Assembly (NCBI GenBank): GCA_049289155.1
Contig: JBAQJB010000204.1
Location: 1-54,358, forward strand
Reading direction: 5' to 3'
DNA from: Chitinophagaceae bacterium
GTDB taxonomy: Bacteria; Bacteroidota; Bacteroidia; Chitinophagales; Chitinophagaceae
DNA length: 54,358 nucleotides
This document shows positions 9,218-19,483 of this stretch, piece after piece. How positions within the stretch are numbered: the first letter of the stretch is position 1; every line of letters begins with the position of its first letter. The notes under the pieces were generated by a model. The model saw only the letters and a program-made list of their open reading frames with translations, made no database searches and was not told the origin of the DNA. The position numbers were made by a program, and so were the translations under genes.

Positions 9218-10282
9218 ATGAAATCTTTAAAAGCTTCTCATAATATTCTCGCGGATGCACACGAACAGGTGGACATTTTAGAACATGGTGCAAATCATGA
9301 TGATCAATTTCGCATAGTTCCTTTTCAGCAAAAACTGGAAGCCATTGGTCTATTTCCATTAATGCCCACACAGGTTGAAATTTTACAAATTAATGTAGGG
9401 AAAATGTGCAACCAGGTTTGTAAGCATTGTCATGTAGATGCAGGACCGGACAGGAAAGAAATTATGACCAGGGAAACCATGAAAGCATGTGTGGATGTGA
9501 TCGCTCAAAATCCTGCGTTGCATACTATCGACCTCACTGGTGGCGCCCCCGAAATGAACCCGGATTTTCGATGGTTCATAAAAGAGATCCGTGCAGTAAA
9601 TCCTTCCATTCATATTATTGTGCGTTGCAATCTTACCATCATACGCGCCAATAAAAAATATTATGACCTGCCGGAATTTTATAAAAAACATCAACTTGAA
9701 GTGGTATCCTCATTACCATTTTATACAAAAGACCGGACGGACAGGCAACGTGGTGATGGTGTGTTTGAAGATTCCATCAAAGCCTTGCAAATGTTGAATG
9801 AAGTTGGTTATGGAAAAGAAGGGACAGGACTTGCATTAAATCTTGTGTATAATCCTGCCGGCGCATTTTTACCGCCATCCCAGCAAAGCCTGGAATTAGA
9901 ATTTAAAAATTCATTGAAAAAAGATTTTAATATTGAGTTCAATAATTTATTTGCCATCACCAACCTGCCGATCAGCCGTTACCTTGATTACTTATTACAG
10001 ACCGGGAATTATGAACGATATATGGAAAAATTAATTGCTGCATTTAATCCGGCAGCCGCTGCGAATGTTATGTGCAGGAATACAATCTCTGTTGGCTGGG
10101 ACGGATTTTTATATGATTGTGATTTTAACCAGATGCTTGAACTAAAAGTAGATACGCCCAAAAATCATATCCGCGATTTCAATATCAATGAATTAAATAA
10201 ACGCGAAATAATTGTAAATCAACATTGCTATGGCTGTACAGCAGGCATGGGTTCGAGTTGTGGAGGCTCGGTGACGAAATAA
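9218..10282 (+). CDS. arsS: Radical SAM / Cys-rich domain protein, ArsS type (arsenosugar biosynthesis)
   Basis: CxxxCxxC cluster motif CNQVCKHCH (9407-9430). The C-terminal Cys-rich domain has MCRNTISVGWDGFLYDCDFNQ and a terminal CYGCTAGMGSSCGG. Confidence 0.8.
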   Translation: MKSLKASHNILADAHEQVDILEHGANHDDQFRIVPFQQKLEAIGLFPLMPTQVEILQINVGKMCNQVCKHCHVDAGPDRKEIMTRETMKACVDVIAQNPALHTIDLTGGAPEMNPDFRWFIKEIRAVNPSIHIIVRCNLTIIRANKKYYDLPEFYKKHQLEVVSSLPFYTKDRTDRQRGDGVFEDSIKALQMLNEVGYGKEGTGLALNLVYNPAGAFLPPSQQSLELEFKNSLKKDFNIEFNNLFAITNLPISRYLDYLLQTGNYERYMEKLIAAFNPAAAANVMCRNTISVGWDGFLYDCDFNQMLELKVDTPKNHIRDFNINELNKREIIVNQHCYGCTAGMGSSCGGSVTK

Positions 10283-10287
10283 ATAGA

Positions 10288-10887
10288 ATGAATCAAAAAA
10301 ATGCCCTAATCATATTTGTTCGTAAGCCTGAATATGGAAAGGTGAAAACCAGGCTGGCAGCGGCGCTTGGAAAAACGAAAGCGTTGGAGATGTATGAATT
10401 GCTTTTGCAGCATACGCATGCTGAAGCCGAAAAAACGAAAGCAGAAAAATTTATTTTTTATACAACTGAAGTTTGTACAGATGACAGGTGGAATGATTAC
10501 AAAAAATTTGCGCAGCGCGGAAATGATCTTGGCAGCCGAATGGAAAATGCGTTTAAAAATATTTTTGATGAGCACTATGAAAATATAATAATCATTGGTA
10601 GCGACTGTTTTGAACTAACCAGTGAAATCATATCATTATCATTTTCCTTATTAGAAAAAAATGATGTGGTGATTGGGCCGGCAAAAGATGGCGGGTACTA
10701 TTTACTCGGTATGAAAAAAATGTATCCAACTATTTTTGAAAATATCCCATGGAGCACATCAGAAGTTTTCAATCAAACAATTCAAAAAATACAATTACTG
10801 AATTTGAATTACGAATTGTTACCTGTATTAAGTGATGTGGATACAGTGCATGATCTGCCCGATGTATTAAAAAATGTTTCTATTTGA
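10288..10887 (+). CDS. DUF2064 / TIGR04282-type glycosyltransferase associated with ArsS
   Basis: N-terminus ALIIFVRKPEYGKVKTRLAAALG plus IIIGSDC and DGGYYLLG motifs (MobA-like NTP-transferase fold). I take the ATG at 10288, 5 nt after the arsS stop, instead of the overlapping ORF-track start at 10225. Confidence 0.75.
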   Translation: MNQKNALIIFVRKPEYGKVKTRLAAALGKTKALEMYELLLQHTHAEAEKTKAEKFIFYTTEVCTDDRWNDYKKFAQRGNDLGSRMENAFKNIFDEHYENIIIIGSDCFELTSEIISLSFSLLEKNDVVIGPAKDGGYYLLGMKKMYPTIFENIPWSTSEVFNQTIQKIQLLNLNYELLPVLSDVDTVHDLPDVLKNVSI

Positions 10888-11127
10888 AATTATCCAGCTT
10901 ATTAGAATCTCAATTTCCTTTTTTCAAAATAAATTACTACACTTTTTATTTATCGGAAGAATTCAATTATTCCTTTTTTATTTTTTACATTGACGCATTC
11001 AAGCTGCAGCAAGTGTGAGCTATTCATATTGGTTTTAAGAAAATCTGTTTTTGATATTATTTTTTGAAGCATCCAATAAATAGTTTACTTTCAATCATGA
11101 AATTATACTGGTTTTAAAATAAATTTT

Positions 11128-11580
11128 ATGAAAAATATATTTGACCAAAACGTAACTGCAGAATTAATCGCTCGTATTGAAAAACTAACACCGGAAACCA
11201 AACAGCTTTGGGGAAAGATGTCTGTAAGCAAGATGCTGGCGCATTGTAATGTAGCTTACGAAATGGTGTATGAAAATATACACAAACCACCGACTGCTTT
11301 TATGAAAATGGTTTTACAACTCCTTATAAAAGATAAAATCACCAATGATAAACCATATAAAAAAAATAATCCCACCGCACCACAATTTATTATAAAAGAT
11401 GACAAGGATTTTGATGCTGAGAAAAAGCGACTCATTGCTTATATTGAAAAAACCCAACAATTAGGTGAAACGCATTTTGATGGAAAAAAATCATTGTCAT
11501 TGGGCAAGATGAATAAAACACAATGGAATAATATGTTTTATAAACACCTTGATCATCACCTCTCGCAGTTTGGTGTGTAG
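11128..11580 (+). CDS. DUF1569 (DinB-like superfamily) protein
   Basis: 150 aa with the C-terminal motif W..MFYKHLDHHLSQFG, typical of DUF1569. Confidence 0.55.
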   Translation: MKNIFDQNVTAELIARIEKLTPETKQLWGKMSVSKMLAHCNVAYEMVYENIHKPPTAFMKMVLQLLIKDKITNDKPYKKNNPTAPQFIIKDDKDFDAEKKRLIAYIEKTQQLGETHFDGKKSLSLGKMNKTQWNNMFYKHLDHHLSQFGV

Positions 11581-11620
11581 AGGAATTGAATTTTTTTTCA
11601 ATCTCCCAAAATAAAAAATC

Positions 11621-13273
11621 ATGAAAAAAATTTACGCTATTTGTGCAAAATCATTTTCAGCAATTGCCTGTTTTATTTTTATACAAACCCTGCAGGCGCA
11701 GCCTGCTCCAGGTATACAGGCAGATAAAACAATTGGTGGCGGTGGAACTGATAATTCTGCAAAAGTTATTCAAACAAAAGATGGTGGTTATGTGATTTGT
11801 GGCATCAGCTACTCAAATCTTTCAGGTGATAAAACAGTTCCTTCTGTTCGAAAATATTATTCAGACATCTGGATCGTTAGATGCAGTAACACAGGCGAAA
11901 TTACCTGGCAGTCAGATATTGGCAGCAAAGATGATGATAAGTTCTATGATTTTAAACTAACTCCAGATGGTGGGTTAATTTTTGTGGCTTCTTCCTCTGG
12001 AAATATCGGTGGAAATAAAACTGAAAATTCAAGAGGCAAGACCGATTACTGGATAGTAAAGTTGAATAATAAAGGAAAAATAGAATGGGATAAAACCTAT
12101 GGCGGTTCTTATTTTGATAAACCAACAGTTGTAGCAGTTGCAAGTGATGGTGGTTATTTTATAGGAGGTGTTTCAGCCTCTAATAAAAGTGGAGATAAAA
12201 CAACAGATAATTTTGCCAGGGATGATTACTGGTTATTAAAACTAGATCATAACGGTAATTTGGAATGGCAAAAGGATTATGGAGGTAAGCGTCCTTTTGA
12301 CCAGGGTATCAACTCACTAGTAAGCACAAGTGATGGATGTATCATAGCTGGAACAACAGACGCAGGAATATCAGGGAATAAAAACTGCGCGGGCTATGGT
12401 TCCTTGGATTATTGGCTCATCAGGCTCGATAATAATGGTAATGAAATCTGGCAGAAAGATTATGGCGGTAATGACAATGATTTCTGCTTATACATTTCTG
12501 AAGGCGATAATAATACTTTTTTTGTTGGTGGTGTTTCGTATTCAAACATCTCAGGAATTAAAACAGAAAATTTATATGGCGAAAGAGATAATTGGATTTT
12601 ATACATAGACATCAATGGCAATATAATTTGGCAAAAAGATCTTGGCGGAAGTAGGACAGAGTATATTGCATCAGTAGAATCAACAAAAGATGGTGGTTGC
12701 ATTGTAGGGGGCGTCAGTAATTCACCGAAGTCAGGTGTAAAGTCTGATAACAATCATGGAAGTATTGAATATGATTTTGATAATTGGATAGTAAAACTGG
12801 ATAAAAATGGAAGCATACAATGGGATAAAACTATTGGTGGAAAAGGATTTGAAAGCAATGGTTATATAAAACAAACGATTAACGGTGGTTACATTATGTG
12901 TGCATCAAGCCAGTCGGGGATTTCTGGTGATAAAACCGACACTTCCCGTGGAGGTGATGATTTTTGGCTTGTAAAACTTTATCCGGATACCCCATCTTTT
13001 TCAAATAATAAAAATGGACCTGTTGAAAATCCTGAGATATCCGCAATTAAAATTTATCCCAATCCCGCTAAAGATTTTTTAAATATCGAAGGACTTGATG
13101 TAAATGAAAAATATACCATTTTCATTACAGACCCCCAGGGGAATGTTTTATACAATACAATGATTCAACCCGGAAAATCGCAGATAAATCTTCCATTTAT
13201 GTTGAAAGGAAATTATTTTATAAAAATTTCGGATGGCAAAAAAATTGTCACGCTTCAATTTATGAAAGAATAA
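11621..13273 (+). CDS. Secreted repeat protein (7 propeller-like repeats) with a T9SS type-A C-terminal sorting domain
   Basis: Signal peptide, then seven repeats of about 55 aa (GG..D....V.QT.DGGY...G.S.SN.SGDKT....G..DYWIVKL...G...W.K..GG). The C-terminus IKIYPNPAKDFLNIEG...YFIKI is a T9SS sorting domain. Confidence 0.75.
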   Translation: MKKIYAICAKSFSAIACFIFIQTLQAQPAPGIQADKTIGGGGTDNSAKVIQTKDGGYVICGISYSNLSGDKTVPSVRKYYSDIWIVRCSNTGEITWQSDIGSKDDDKFYDFKLTPDGGLIFVASSSGNIGGNKTENSRGKTDYWIVKLNNKGKIEWDKTYGGSYFDKPTVVAVASDGGYFIGGVSASNKSGDKTTDNFARDDYWLLKLDHNGNLEWQKDYGGKRPFDQGINSLVSTSDGCIIAGTTDAGISGNKNCAGYGSLDYWLIRLDNNGNEIWQKDYGGNDNDFCLYISEGDNNTFFVGGVSYSNISGIKTENLYGERDNWILYIDINGNIIWQKDLGGSRTEYIASVESTKDGGCIVGGVSNSPKSGVKSDNNHGSIEYDFDNWIVKLDKNGSIQWDKTIGGKGFESNGYIKQTINGGYIMCASSQSGISGDKTDTSRGGDDFWLVKLYPDTPSFSNNKNGPVENPEISAIKIYPNPAKDFLNIEGLDVNEKYTIFITDPQGNVLYNTMIQPGKSQINLPFMLKGNYFIKISDGKKIVTLQFMKE

Positions 13274-13280
13274 AACTTTA

Positions 13281-14630
13281 TTAAAAGCTTGCCTGGGAAG
13301 GCGATGTATTTCCCGGAATATTATCCAGTAAATCTACAACGCCTTCATTCTTTAAAATCAGGTAACCAAGCCTGTCTTCGCTGATTCCCGGCTTCAACGA
13401 ATAATTAAATACAAGCCGGCCATCTTCAATATTTGTTTCAAAATAATAGAAGAAAATATTGGGATACTGTTTTAAATTTTCCGCTATTTCATATAAATGC
13501 GTGGATAAAATAAATAACCCATTTTTCATTTTTAATAATCCTTCAATGACAACGGTACTGCAACGCATCGCATCTTCCACATTGGTACCTTTAAATAATT
13601 CATCAATTAAGATCAGCCATTTTTTTCCATTACTGATCTTTACAACTGTATTTTTTATGCGCTGCACTTCATTGAAGAAATAACTTTCTCCTTTTATTAT
13701 ATTATCAGCCACCTGTATATTACTAAGCAAGCCTTCAAAAAAACTTAAACGCAAAGACGTAGCAGGCACAGCCATACCAAGATGCGCGAGATAGGCAGCT
13801 ACGCCAACGGCTTTGATAAAAGTACTTTTTCCCGCCATGTTTGCGCCAGTTAGAAACAGGAAGTTTTTTTCTGCAGAAATTTCTAGGGGATAAGCAACGG
13901 GGGTTTGTAACAAAGGATGATAAAAAGCCTTTGCTTCAAAATGAGGCAAATCATTTTCTATAAAAACAGGATAAGAGAAATTATTTTTTTCTCCGGCTAA
14001 TGCCATACTCATATAACCATCAAGCTGGTGATACAATGCGATCAGTGCATGGCTTTCCGTTTTATATTGCCGTAAAAAATAATTCGCATAATATAAAACC
14101 CTTGTACGTGCAGGTTTTTGATCTTCCGTCAAATGCCTGATCTCTTCCGAAACAGAAGATTTTAAATGAATATCCAAACGGTTTAATAATTTTTGCAGGA
14201 TTGGCGGATTATCATCACCACGTAATAATTCCGCAATCTCATGCATGCCCCGGATGAGTTGAATAAAATATTTTACAGAATATTTCACGATGGAATAATC
14301 TGCACTATTAAAAATTTTAAAGCCGAAAGCGTTGATCACCGTCGGGCTTTCAGGCAAACCGCTGATGCCGGACTGGTAATATTTTTCAACGACCATAATC
14401 GTTCCGTTACTAATGGATTCCGGCCAGCGGTTCGAAACAGATAATAATTTTTGCAGGAATATTTGTACGTCCTTAATTTCTTCCAGTGATTGAAGTGGCC
14501 TGGCAAAATAAGCGGCAAGCCATTCTCTTCCTCCAACAGTTTTTGTATGATCTAAAAAATGGAAAATGGAAAAATGTTCATCCCGTTCAAAAATGGATAA
14601 GTCCTGTATCGTGGTATTATCGATCTGCAT
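13281..14630 (-). CDS. MutS-related protein (domains III and V only; no mismatch-binding, clamp-free N-terminus or Smr domain)
   Basis: The N-terminus starts directly with a MutS core-like segment (TIQDLSIF...LDHTKTVGGREWL). Walker A is LTGANMAGKSTFIK and Walker B is LILIDELFKGTN. Confidence 0.75.
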   Translation of the reverse strand: MQIDNTTIQDLSIFERDEHFSIFHFLDHTKTVGGREWLAAYFARPLQSLEEIKDVQIFLQKLLSVSNRWPESISNGTIMVVEKYYQSGISGLPESPTVINAFGFKIFNSADYSIVKYSVKYFIQLIRGMHEIAELLRGDDNPPILQKLLNRLDIHLKSSVSEEIRHLTEDQKPARTRVLYYANYFLRQYKTESHALIALYHQLDGYMSMALAGEKNNFSYPVFIENDLPHFEAKAFYHPLLQTPVAYPLEISAEKNFLFLTGANMAGKSTFIKAVGVAAYLAHLGMAVPATSLRLSFFEGLLSNIQVADNIIKGESYFFNEVQRIKNTVVKISNGKKWLILIDELFKGTNVEDAMRCSTVVIEGLLKMKNGLFILSTHLYEIAENLKQYPNIFFYYFETNIEDGRLVFNYSLKPGISEDRLGYLILKNEGVVDLLDNIPGNTSPSQASF

Positions 14631-14638
14631 AAAAAAAT

Positions 14639-15979
14639 TTATCCGCGCTCAAATTGCATACGCATTCCCTTATGAGATTCATCAAACACACCATTTTCAT
14701 AAACCCGGTTTCCATTTACAAAAGTATTTGTAATAGTAGCCGGGAAAGTGAAGCCTTCCAGTGGACTCCAGCCGCATTTATATAAAATATTTTCTTTTTT
14801 GACAGTATATGTTTTATGCAAGTTTACCATTACAAGATCCGCAAAATAACCTTCGCGAATATAACCTCTTTCCTTTATTTGAAAACAATCCGCCACGGCA
14901 TGGCTCATTTTATCCGCCACCATTTCAATTGAAATTTTTCCTGCAGCTACATAATGCAACATCAGTTGTAATGCGTGTTGTACCAAAGGCAAGCCTGCAA
15001 ATGCTTTTTCGTAGGGCTGATTTTTTTCAACCCAGGTATGTGGCGCATGGTCCGTGGCGATCAGGTCAAGATGCCCGTCCAGCAAGCCTTTCCATAATGC
15101 ATCTTTATTTTCAGCCGCTTTTATCGCCGGGTTACATTTAATTAAATTTCCCAATGATGCATAATCATCTGAGGTAAAATGCAAATGATGCACACACACT
15201 TCTGCAGTTATTTTTTTATCTTTTCGGGGAATGGTATTGGTAAATAAAGCCAACTCTTTTTCCGTAGTGATATGTAAAATATGTAACCTGCTGCCATATT
15301 TTTTTGCATAGGCGGCCGCTTTGGATGAAGATAAATAACATGCTTCCACATCCCGGATCAACGGGTGGTCGGATGCTTCCAATATAGGTTTTGAATTTTT
15401 AATGCGTGCATAATTTTCATGGATACGCGTTTCATCTTCGCAATGCGTGGCGATGAGCAATTCTGAATTTCCGAATATTTTCTCCAGTGCCTGCGGTTGA
15501 TCCACCAATAAATTACCGGTAGATGAACCCATGAAAATTTTTACACCGCACACAAAATCTTTTTTCTTATTCATCTTTAAAACCTCTTCCGCGTTATCAT
15601 TGGAAGTGCCCATATAAAAAGAATAATTGGCGAGGGCATCTTTTGATGCGATCATATATTTATCTTCCAATAGTTCTTCCGTAAAAGCCGGTGGGTTTGT
15701 ATTCGGCATTTCCATAAAACTGGTAACACCTCCTGCCACTGCCGCTTTTGCTTCTGTATAAATAGTTGCTTTTTGTGTTAAACCCGGTTCACGAAAATGC
15801 ACCTGGTCATCAATTAAGCCAGGCAATAAAAATTCTCCCTTTGCATTTATTTCTGTGACCCTGTAAGGCACTGAAATATTTTTTGAAATCTTTTCTATAC
15901 GCCCGTTCTTAATAAGCACATCGCCGGGGGTGATTGCATTTTCATTCACAATTTGCGTATCTTTTATAATATAATCCAT
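14639..15979 (-). CDS. pyrC: Dihydroorotase (long, allantoinase-like amidohydrolase type)
   Basis: Metal-ligand motifs IDDQVHFREPG, ATHCED, HILHITT and ATDHAPH. Length is 446 aa. Confidence 0.8.
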   Translation of the reverse strand: MDYIIKDTQIVNENAITPGDVLIKNGRIEKISKNISVPYRVTEINAKGEFLLPGLIDDQVHFREPGLTQKATIYTEAKAAVAGGVTSFMEMPNTNPPAFTEELLEDKYMIASKDALANYSFYMGTSNDNAEEVLKMNKKKDFVCGVKIFMGSSTGNLLVDQPQALEKIFGNSELLIATHCEDETRIHENYARIKNSKPILEASDHPLIRDVEACYLSSSKAAAYAKKYGSRLHILHITTEKELALFTNTIPRKDKKITAEVCVHHLHFTSDDYASLGNLIKCNPAIKAAENKDALWKGLLDGHLDLIATDHAPHTWVEKNQPYEKAFAGLPLVQHALQLMLHYVAAGKISIEMVADKMSHAVADCFQIKERGYIREGYFADLVMVNLHKTYTVKKENILYKCGWSPLEGFTFPATITNTFVNGNRVYENGVFDESHKGMRMQFERG

Positions 15980-16017
15980 CAGTTATTTTTTTAAACGAAA
16001 GGTATCGATTTCTGTTT

Positions 16018-16962
16018 TTATGTAAAAGGATGTTGAACGGCGTCCTGGAAATTTTCCCAGATTTCTTTTAAAATATCTGCTGCGGGCCGGATGTCATTGA
16101 TCAGTGCACTTACCTGCCCAATTTCCAGTTCACCATTTTCCATATCACCTTCAAACATGCCTTTCTTTGCCCTGCCTCTTCCTAATATTTCTGATAATTG
16201 TTCCGCTGAAGCGCCATTCATTTCCGCTTCTTTTATTAGACCAAAGAAATTATTTTTTAATAAACGTACCGGTACAATTTTTTTCATACTCAATAAAGTA
16301 TCGCCTTCTTTCGCATCCACCACTGCCTGTTTAAAATGAATATGATTTGACGCTTCATCGCTGCATACAAACCTGCTGCCGACCTGCACGCCATCGGCAC
16401 CCAATACCATGGCTGCAAACATTTGCCTTCCCGTAGCAATGCCTCCCGCAGCAATCACCGGAATAGAAACTGCATTAACTACAGCCGGAATTAATATCAT
16501 GGATGTGGTTTCTTCTCGGCCGTTATGACCGCCTGCTTCAAAGCCTTCCGCTATAACAGCGTCAACACCTGCGTCCTGGGCCTTCAATGCAAATTTGCTG
16601 CTGCTTACCACATGCACAACAGTGATCCCTTCTTTTTTTAAAATTGCTGTCCATGTTTTTGGATTGCCTGCAGAAGTAACAACAATTTTTACACCCTCAT
16701 CAATAATTGTTTTAATATGCTTATCAATATCCGGGTACAATAAAGGCACATTTACACCAAAAGATTTTGAAGTTGCTTTTTTACATTTTTGAATATGCTC
16801 CAGCAAAATTTCCGGGTACATGCTGCCACTGCCAATCATTCCAAGTCCACCGGCATTACTCACTGCTGAAGCGAGTTTCCAGCCGCTTGTCCATACCATA
16901 CCAGCCTGGATAATTGGAATTTGAATATTGAAAAGCGCAGTGACTTTATTTTGTTGAAGCAT
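16018..16962 (-). CDS. NAD(P)H-dependent flavin oxidoreductase, nitronate monooxygenase / FabK-like
   Basis: N-terminus IQIPIIQAGMVWTSGWKLASAVSNAGGLGMIG with AEGFEAGGH and IAAGGIATG motifs. Confidence 0.8.
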   Translation of the reverse strand: MLQQNKVTALFNIQIPIIQAGMVWTSGWKLASAVSNAGGLGMIGSGSMYPEILLEHIQKCKKATSKSFGVNVPLLYPDIDKHIKTIIDEGVKIVVTSAGNPKTWTAILKKEGITVVHVVSSSKFALKAQDAGVDAVIAEGFEAGGHNGREETTSMILIPAVVNAVSIPVIAAGGIATGRQMFAAMVLGADGVQVGSRFVCSDEASNHIHFKQAVVDAKEGDTLLSMKKIVPVRLLKNNFFGLIKEAEMNGASAEQLSEILGRGRAKKGMFEGDMENGELEIGQVSALINDIRPAADILKEIWENFQDAVQHPFT

Positions 16963-16993
16963 ATTTTTTAGACAACTTTATAAAAATAAATTT

Positions 16994-17986
16994 TTAACCA
17001 AAATCAATTTCTGTATTATCACCAATGTTCAAGCTCCGGCTCAGGCCTTTCACACTCGCATCGCTTCCAATTAACGAATTATCTAAAAGTACTTCAGACA
17101 AATACGTATAAGAGCCTATAATACTTTCCTTCACAATGGAAAAATGAATTTCTACATTCGCGTCAATAGAAGCATGCGGGCCGATTACAGAATTCTTAAT
17201 AATACAACCCGTACCAATGCTTACAGGTGGAAGAATAATTGAATTTTCAATTTGAATATCCTTGCTGATAAAGCCACCATATTTTTTTAGAAGTGTTGCA
17301 TTGCTTTCAATCAGCGTTTCTTTTTTTCCGCAATCAAACCAGTTTTTCACTTTGAAAGATTTCACTTTTGCGCCTCGTTGGATCATGCATTCAATCGCGT
17401 CTGTGAAATTGTACGCGCTGTAATTTTCATCATGTTTTTCATACAAATGTTTCAGGCATTCAAAAAGATAATTTGTTTCTTTTATTTTATATAAACCAAC
17501 GAGGGCAAGATTACTTTTTGGAATAACAGGCTTTTCATATACGTGGCGAACAAAATTCTCCTCATCAATTTCGGCAACACCAAAATCACGTGGGTCATCC
17601 ACACGTTTTACGCCAATCATACTATATGGGCTATCCAAAACTTCCCGGATATCATATTCGCAAATAGTATCTCCAAGCGCTACGAATATTTCATCATTAT
17701 CCGCCAGGCTTTGAGTTAATTCAATTGCGTGGCCGGTTCCAAAGCGCTCATTTTGTTCTACGAAATGACAGGTCAGTAAAGGATACGTTTGCTTTACATA
17801 TTCTTTGATCTTTTCACCCAGGTAACCAATGATAAATATAAATTCATTGATGCCTGCCTGGTGCAACTGATCCACTATAAAACTCAGGATCGTCTTACCT
17901 GCAACAGGTATCAATGCTTTGGGTTGTGTATAAGTATGCGGCCTTAATTTTGTACCGACACCTGCTACAGGAATAATTGCTTTCAT
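16994..17986 (-). CDS. Sugar-phosphate nucleotidyltransferase with a C-terminal left-handed beta-helix
   Basis: I take the start at the internal ATG (17986), giving MKAIIPVAGVGTKLRPHTYTQPKALIPVAGK. The 56-aa upstream extension in the ORF track has no homology-like features. The C-terminus has hexapeptide-like repeats. Confidence 0.75.
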   Translation of the reverse strand: MKAIIPVAGVGTKLRPHTYTQPKALIPVAGKTILSFIVDQLHQAGINEFIFIIGYLGEKIKEYVKQTYPLLTCHFVEQNERFGTGHAIELTQSLADNDEIFVALGDTICEYDIREVLDSPYSMIGVKRVDDPRDFGVAEIDEENFVRHVYEKPVIPKSNLALVGLYKIKETNYLFECLKHLYEKHDENYSAYNFTDAIECMIQRGAKVKSFKVKNWFDCGKKETLIESNATLLKKYGGFISKDIQIENSIILPPVSIGTGCIIKNSVIGPHASIDANVEIHFSIVKESIIGSYTYLSEVLLDNSLIGSDASVKGLSRSLNIGDNTEIDFG

Positions 17987-18164
17987 ACTTAAAATGTATT
18001 CAAAATGTTTTTTATGTATTAAAAAACATCGTTTAAATTTTGTGAAAGTATTGAATTTACTTTTTTCAAAATTACCATTTATATAATGTACCCGCAAGGA
18101 TAGATTATTATTATATACGGAATAAAAACTATGATAAAAGAATGGCTTCATCATTTTATAGTTT

Positions 18165-18172
18165 TAATTTTG
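18165..18172 (+). promoter_or_regulatory. Candidate Bacteroidota -7 promoter box (TAATTTTG) for glyA
   Basis: Exact match to TAnnTTTG, 20 nt upstream of the glyA ATG. There is no clear -33 TTG. Confidence 0.35.
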
Positions 18173-18191
18173 AGCTAATAAAAACAGGGGT

Positions 18192-19472
18192 ATGCAAAAA
18201 GATAGCTTGGTATTTGGCCTTTTTAAAGAAGAGCTGGAACGGCAGCGCCGTGGAATGGAGCTCATTGCTTCCGAAAATTTTACCAGCCTGCAGGTGATGC
18301 AGGGCATGGGAAATGTAATGACCAATAAATATGCGGAAGGTTACCCCGGGAAAAGATATTATGCCGGTTGTGAAATAGTGGATCAAACAGAACAACTGGC
18401 CATTGACCGGCTTTGTCAAATTTTCAATATTGATTATGCAAATGTGCAGCCACATAGCGGCGCGCAGGCAAATGCCGCTGTGGCCCTCGCTGTTTTAAAA
18501 CCAGGGGACCCGATACTTGGCCTGGACCTGAGTATGGGCGGGCATCTTACACATGGCTCACCCGTGAATTACAGCGGCAAATTATATGACGCCCATTTCT
18601 ATGGAGTGACCCGCGAAGAAGGTCGCGTTGATTATGATATGCTGGATGCAAAAGCCAAAGAAGTAAAACCAAAATTAATTATTTGTGGCGCCAGTGCATA
18701 CTCCCGGGACTGGGATTACGAACGCATCCGAAAATCTGCAGATGCTGTTGGTGCTTTAGTAATGGCGGATATTGCACATCCTGCAGGATTAATTGCAAAA
18801 AAATTATTGAATGACCCTTTCGATCATTGCCAGATCGTAACTTCTACTACACATAAAACTTTGCGCGGACCGCGTGGAGGCATCATCATGATGCGAAAGG
18901 ATTTTGAAAATCCATTTGGATTGAAAGATAATAAAGGGAATACGCGCATGATGAGCCACTTGCTGGATATGGCAGTTTTTCCAGGTATACAAGGTGGGCC
19001 ACTGGAACATATTATAGCTGCCAAAGCCATTGCATTTGGAGAAATTCTTTCAGACGAATTTACAATTTATGCCAAACAGGTCATTCAAAATGCGCAAGCA
19101 TTTTCAAATGAGCTTTTAACCAAAGGCTATAATATTGTTAGCGGCGGAACAGATAATCACCTGGTGCTGGTGGATTTAAGAAATAAAAACCTTAGTGGAA
19201 AGAAAGCTGAGCAGGCCCTGGTGAAAGCGGACATAACGGCTAATAAAAATATGGTGCCATATGATGATAAAAGCGCTTTTGTAACCAGTGGGATCAGGTT
19301 GGGCGTACAGGCGTTAACAACGCGTGGTATGAAAGAAGATCATATGCCTTTTATTGCCAGTGCAATTGATGATGTATTAAAAAAAGTGGATGATGAAAAT
19401 AATATAACAGCAGTCAAGTTAAGGGTGAATGAATTCATGAAACAATTTCCTTTGTACCCTGAACTGGGATAA
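18192..19472 (+). CDS. glyA: Serine hydroxymethyltransferase
   Basis: Highly conserved SHMT sequence, e.g. [24 protein letters not shown] and [14 protein letters not shown] (PLP lysine). Confidence 0.95.
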   Translation: MQKDSLVFGLFKEELERQRRGMELIASENFTSLQVMQGMGNVMTNKYAEGYPGKRYYAGCEIVDQTEQLAIDRLCQIFNIDYANVQPHSGAQANAAVALAVLKPGDPILGLDLSMGGHLTHGSPVNYSGKLYDAHFYGVTREEGRVDYDMLDAKAKEVKPKLIICGASAYSRDWDYERIRKSADAVGALVMADIAHPAGLIAKKLLNDPFDHCQIVTSTTHKTLRGPRGGIIMMRKDFENPFGLKDNKGNTRMMSHLLDMAVFPGIQGGPLEHIIAAKAIAFGEILSDEFTIYAKQVIQNAQAFSNELLTKGYNIVSGGTDNHLVLVDLRNKNLSGKKAEQALVKADITANKNMVPYDDKSAFVTSGIRLGVQALTTRGMKEDHMPFIASAIDDVLKKVDDENNITAVKLRVNEFMKQFPLYPELG

Positions 19473-19483
19473 GGAAGCATTTT

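Noticed and set aside
17987-18455. N-terminal extension of the nucleotidyltransferase ORF, and the 99-aa minus-strand ORF at 18156-18455
   Set aside because: The extension precedes the canonical MKAIIPVAG start and is low-complexity. The 99-aa ORF is antisense to the conserved 5' end of glyA.
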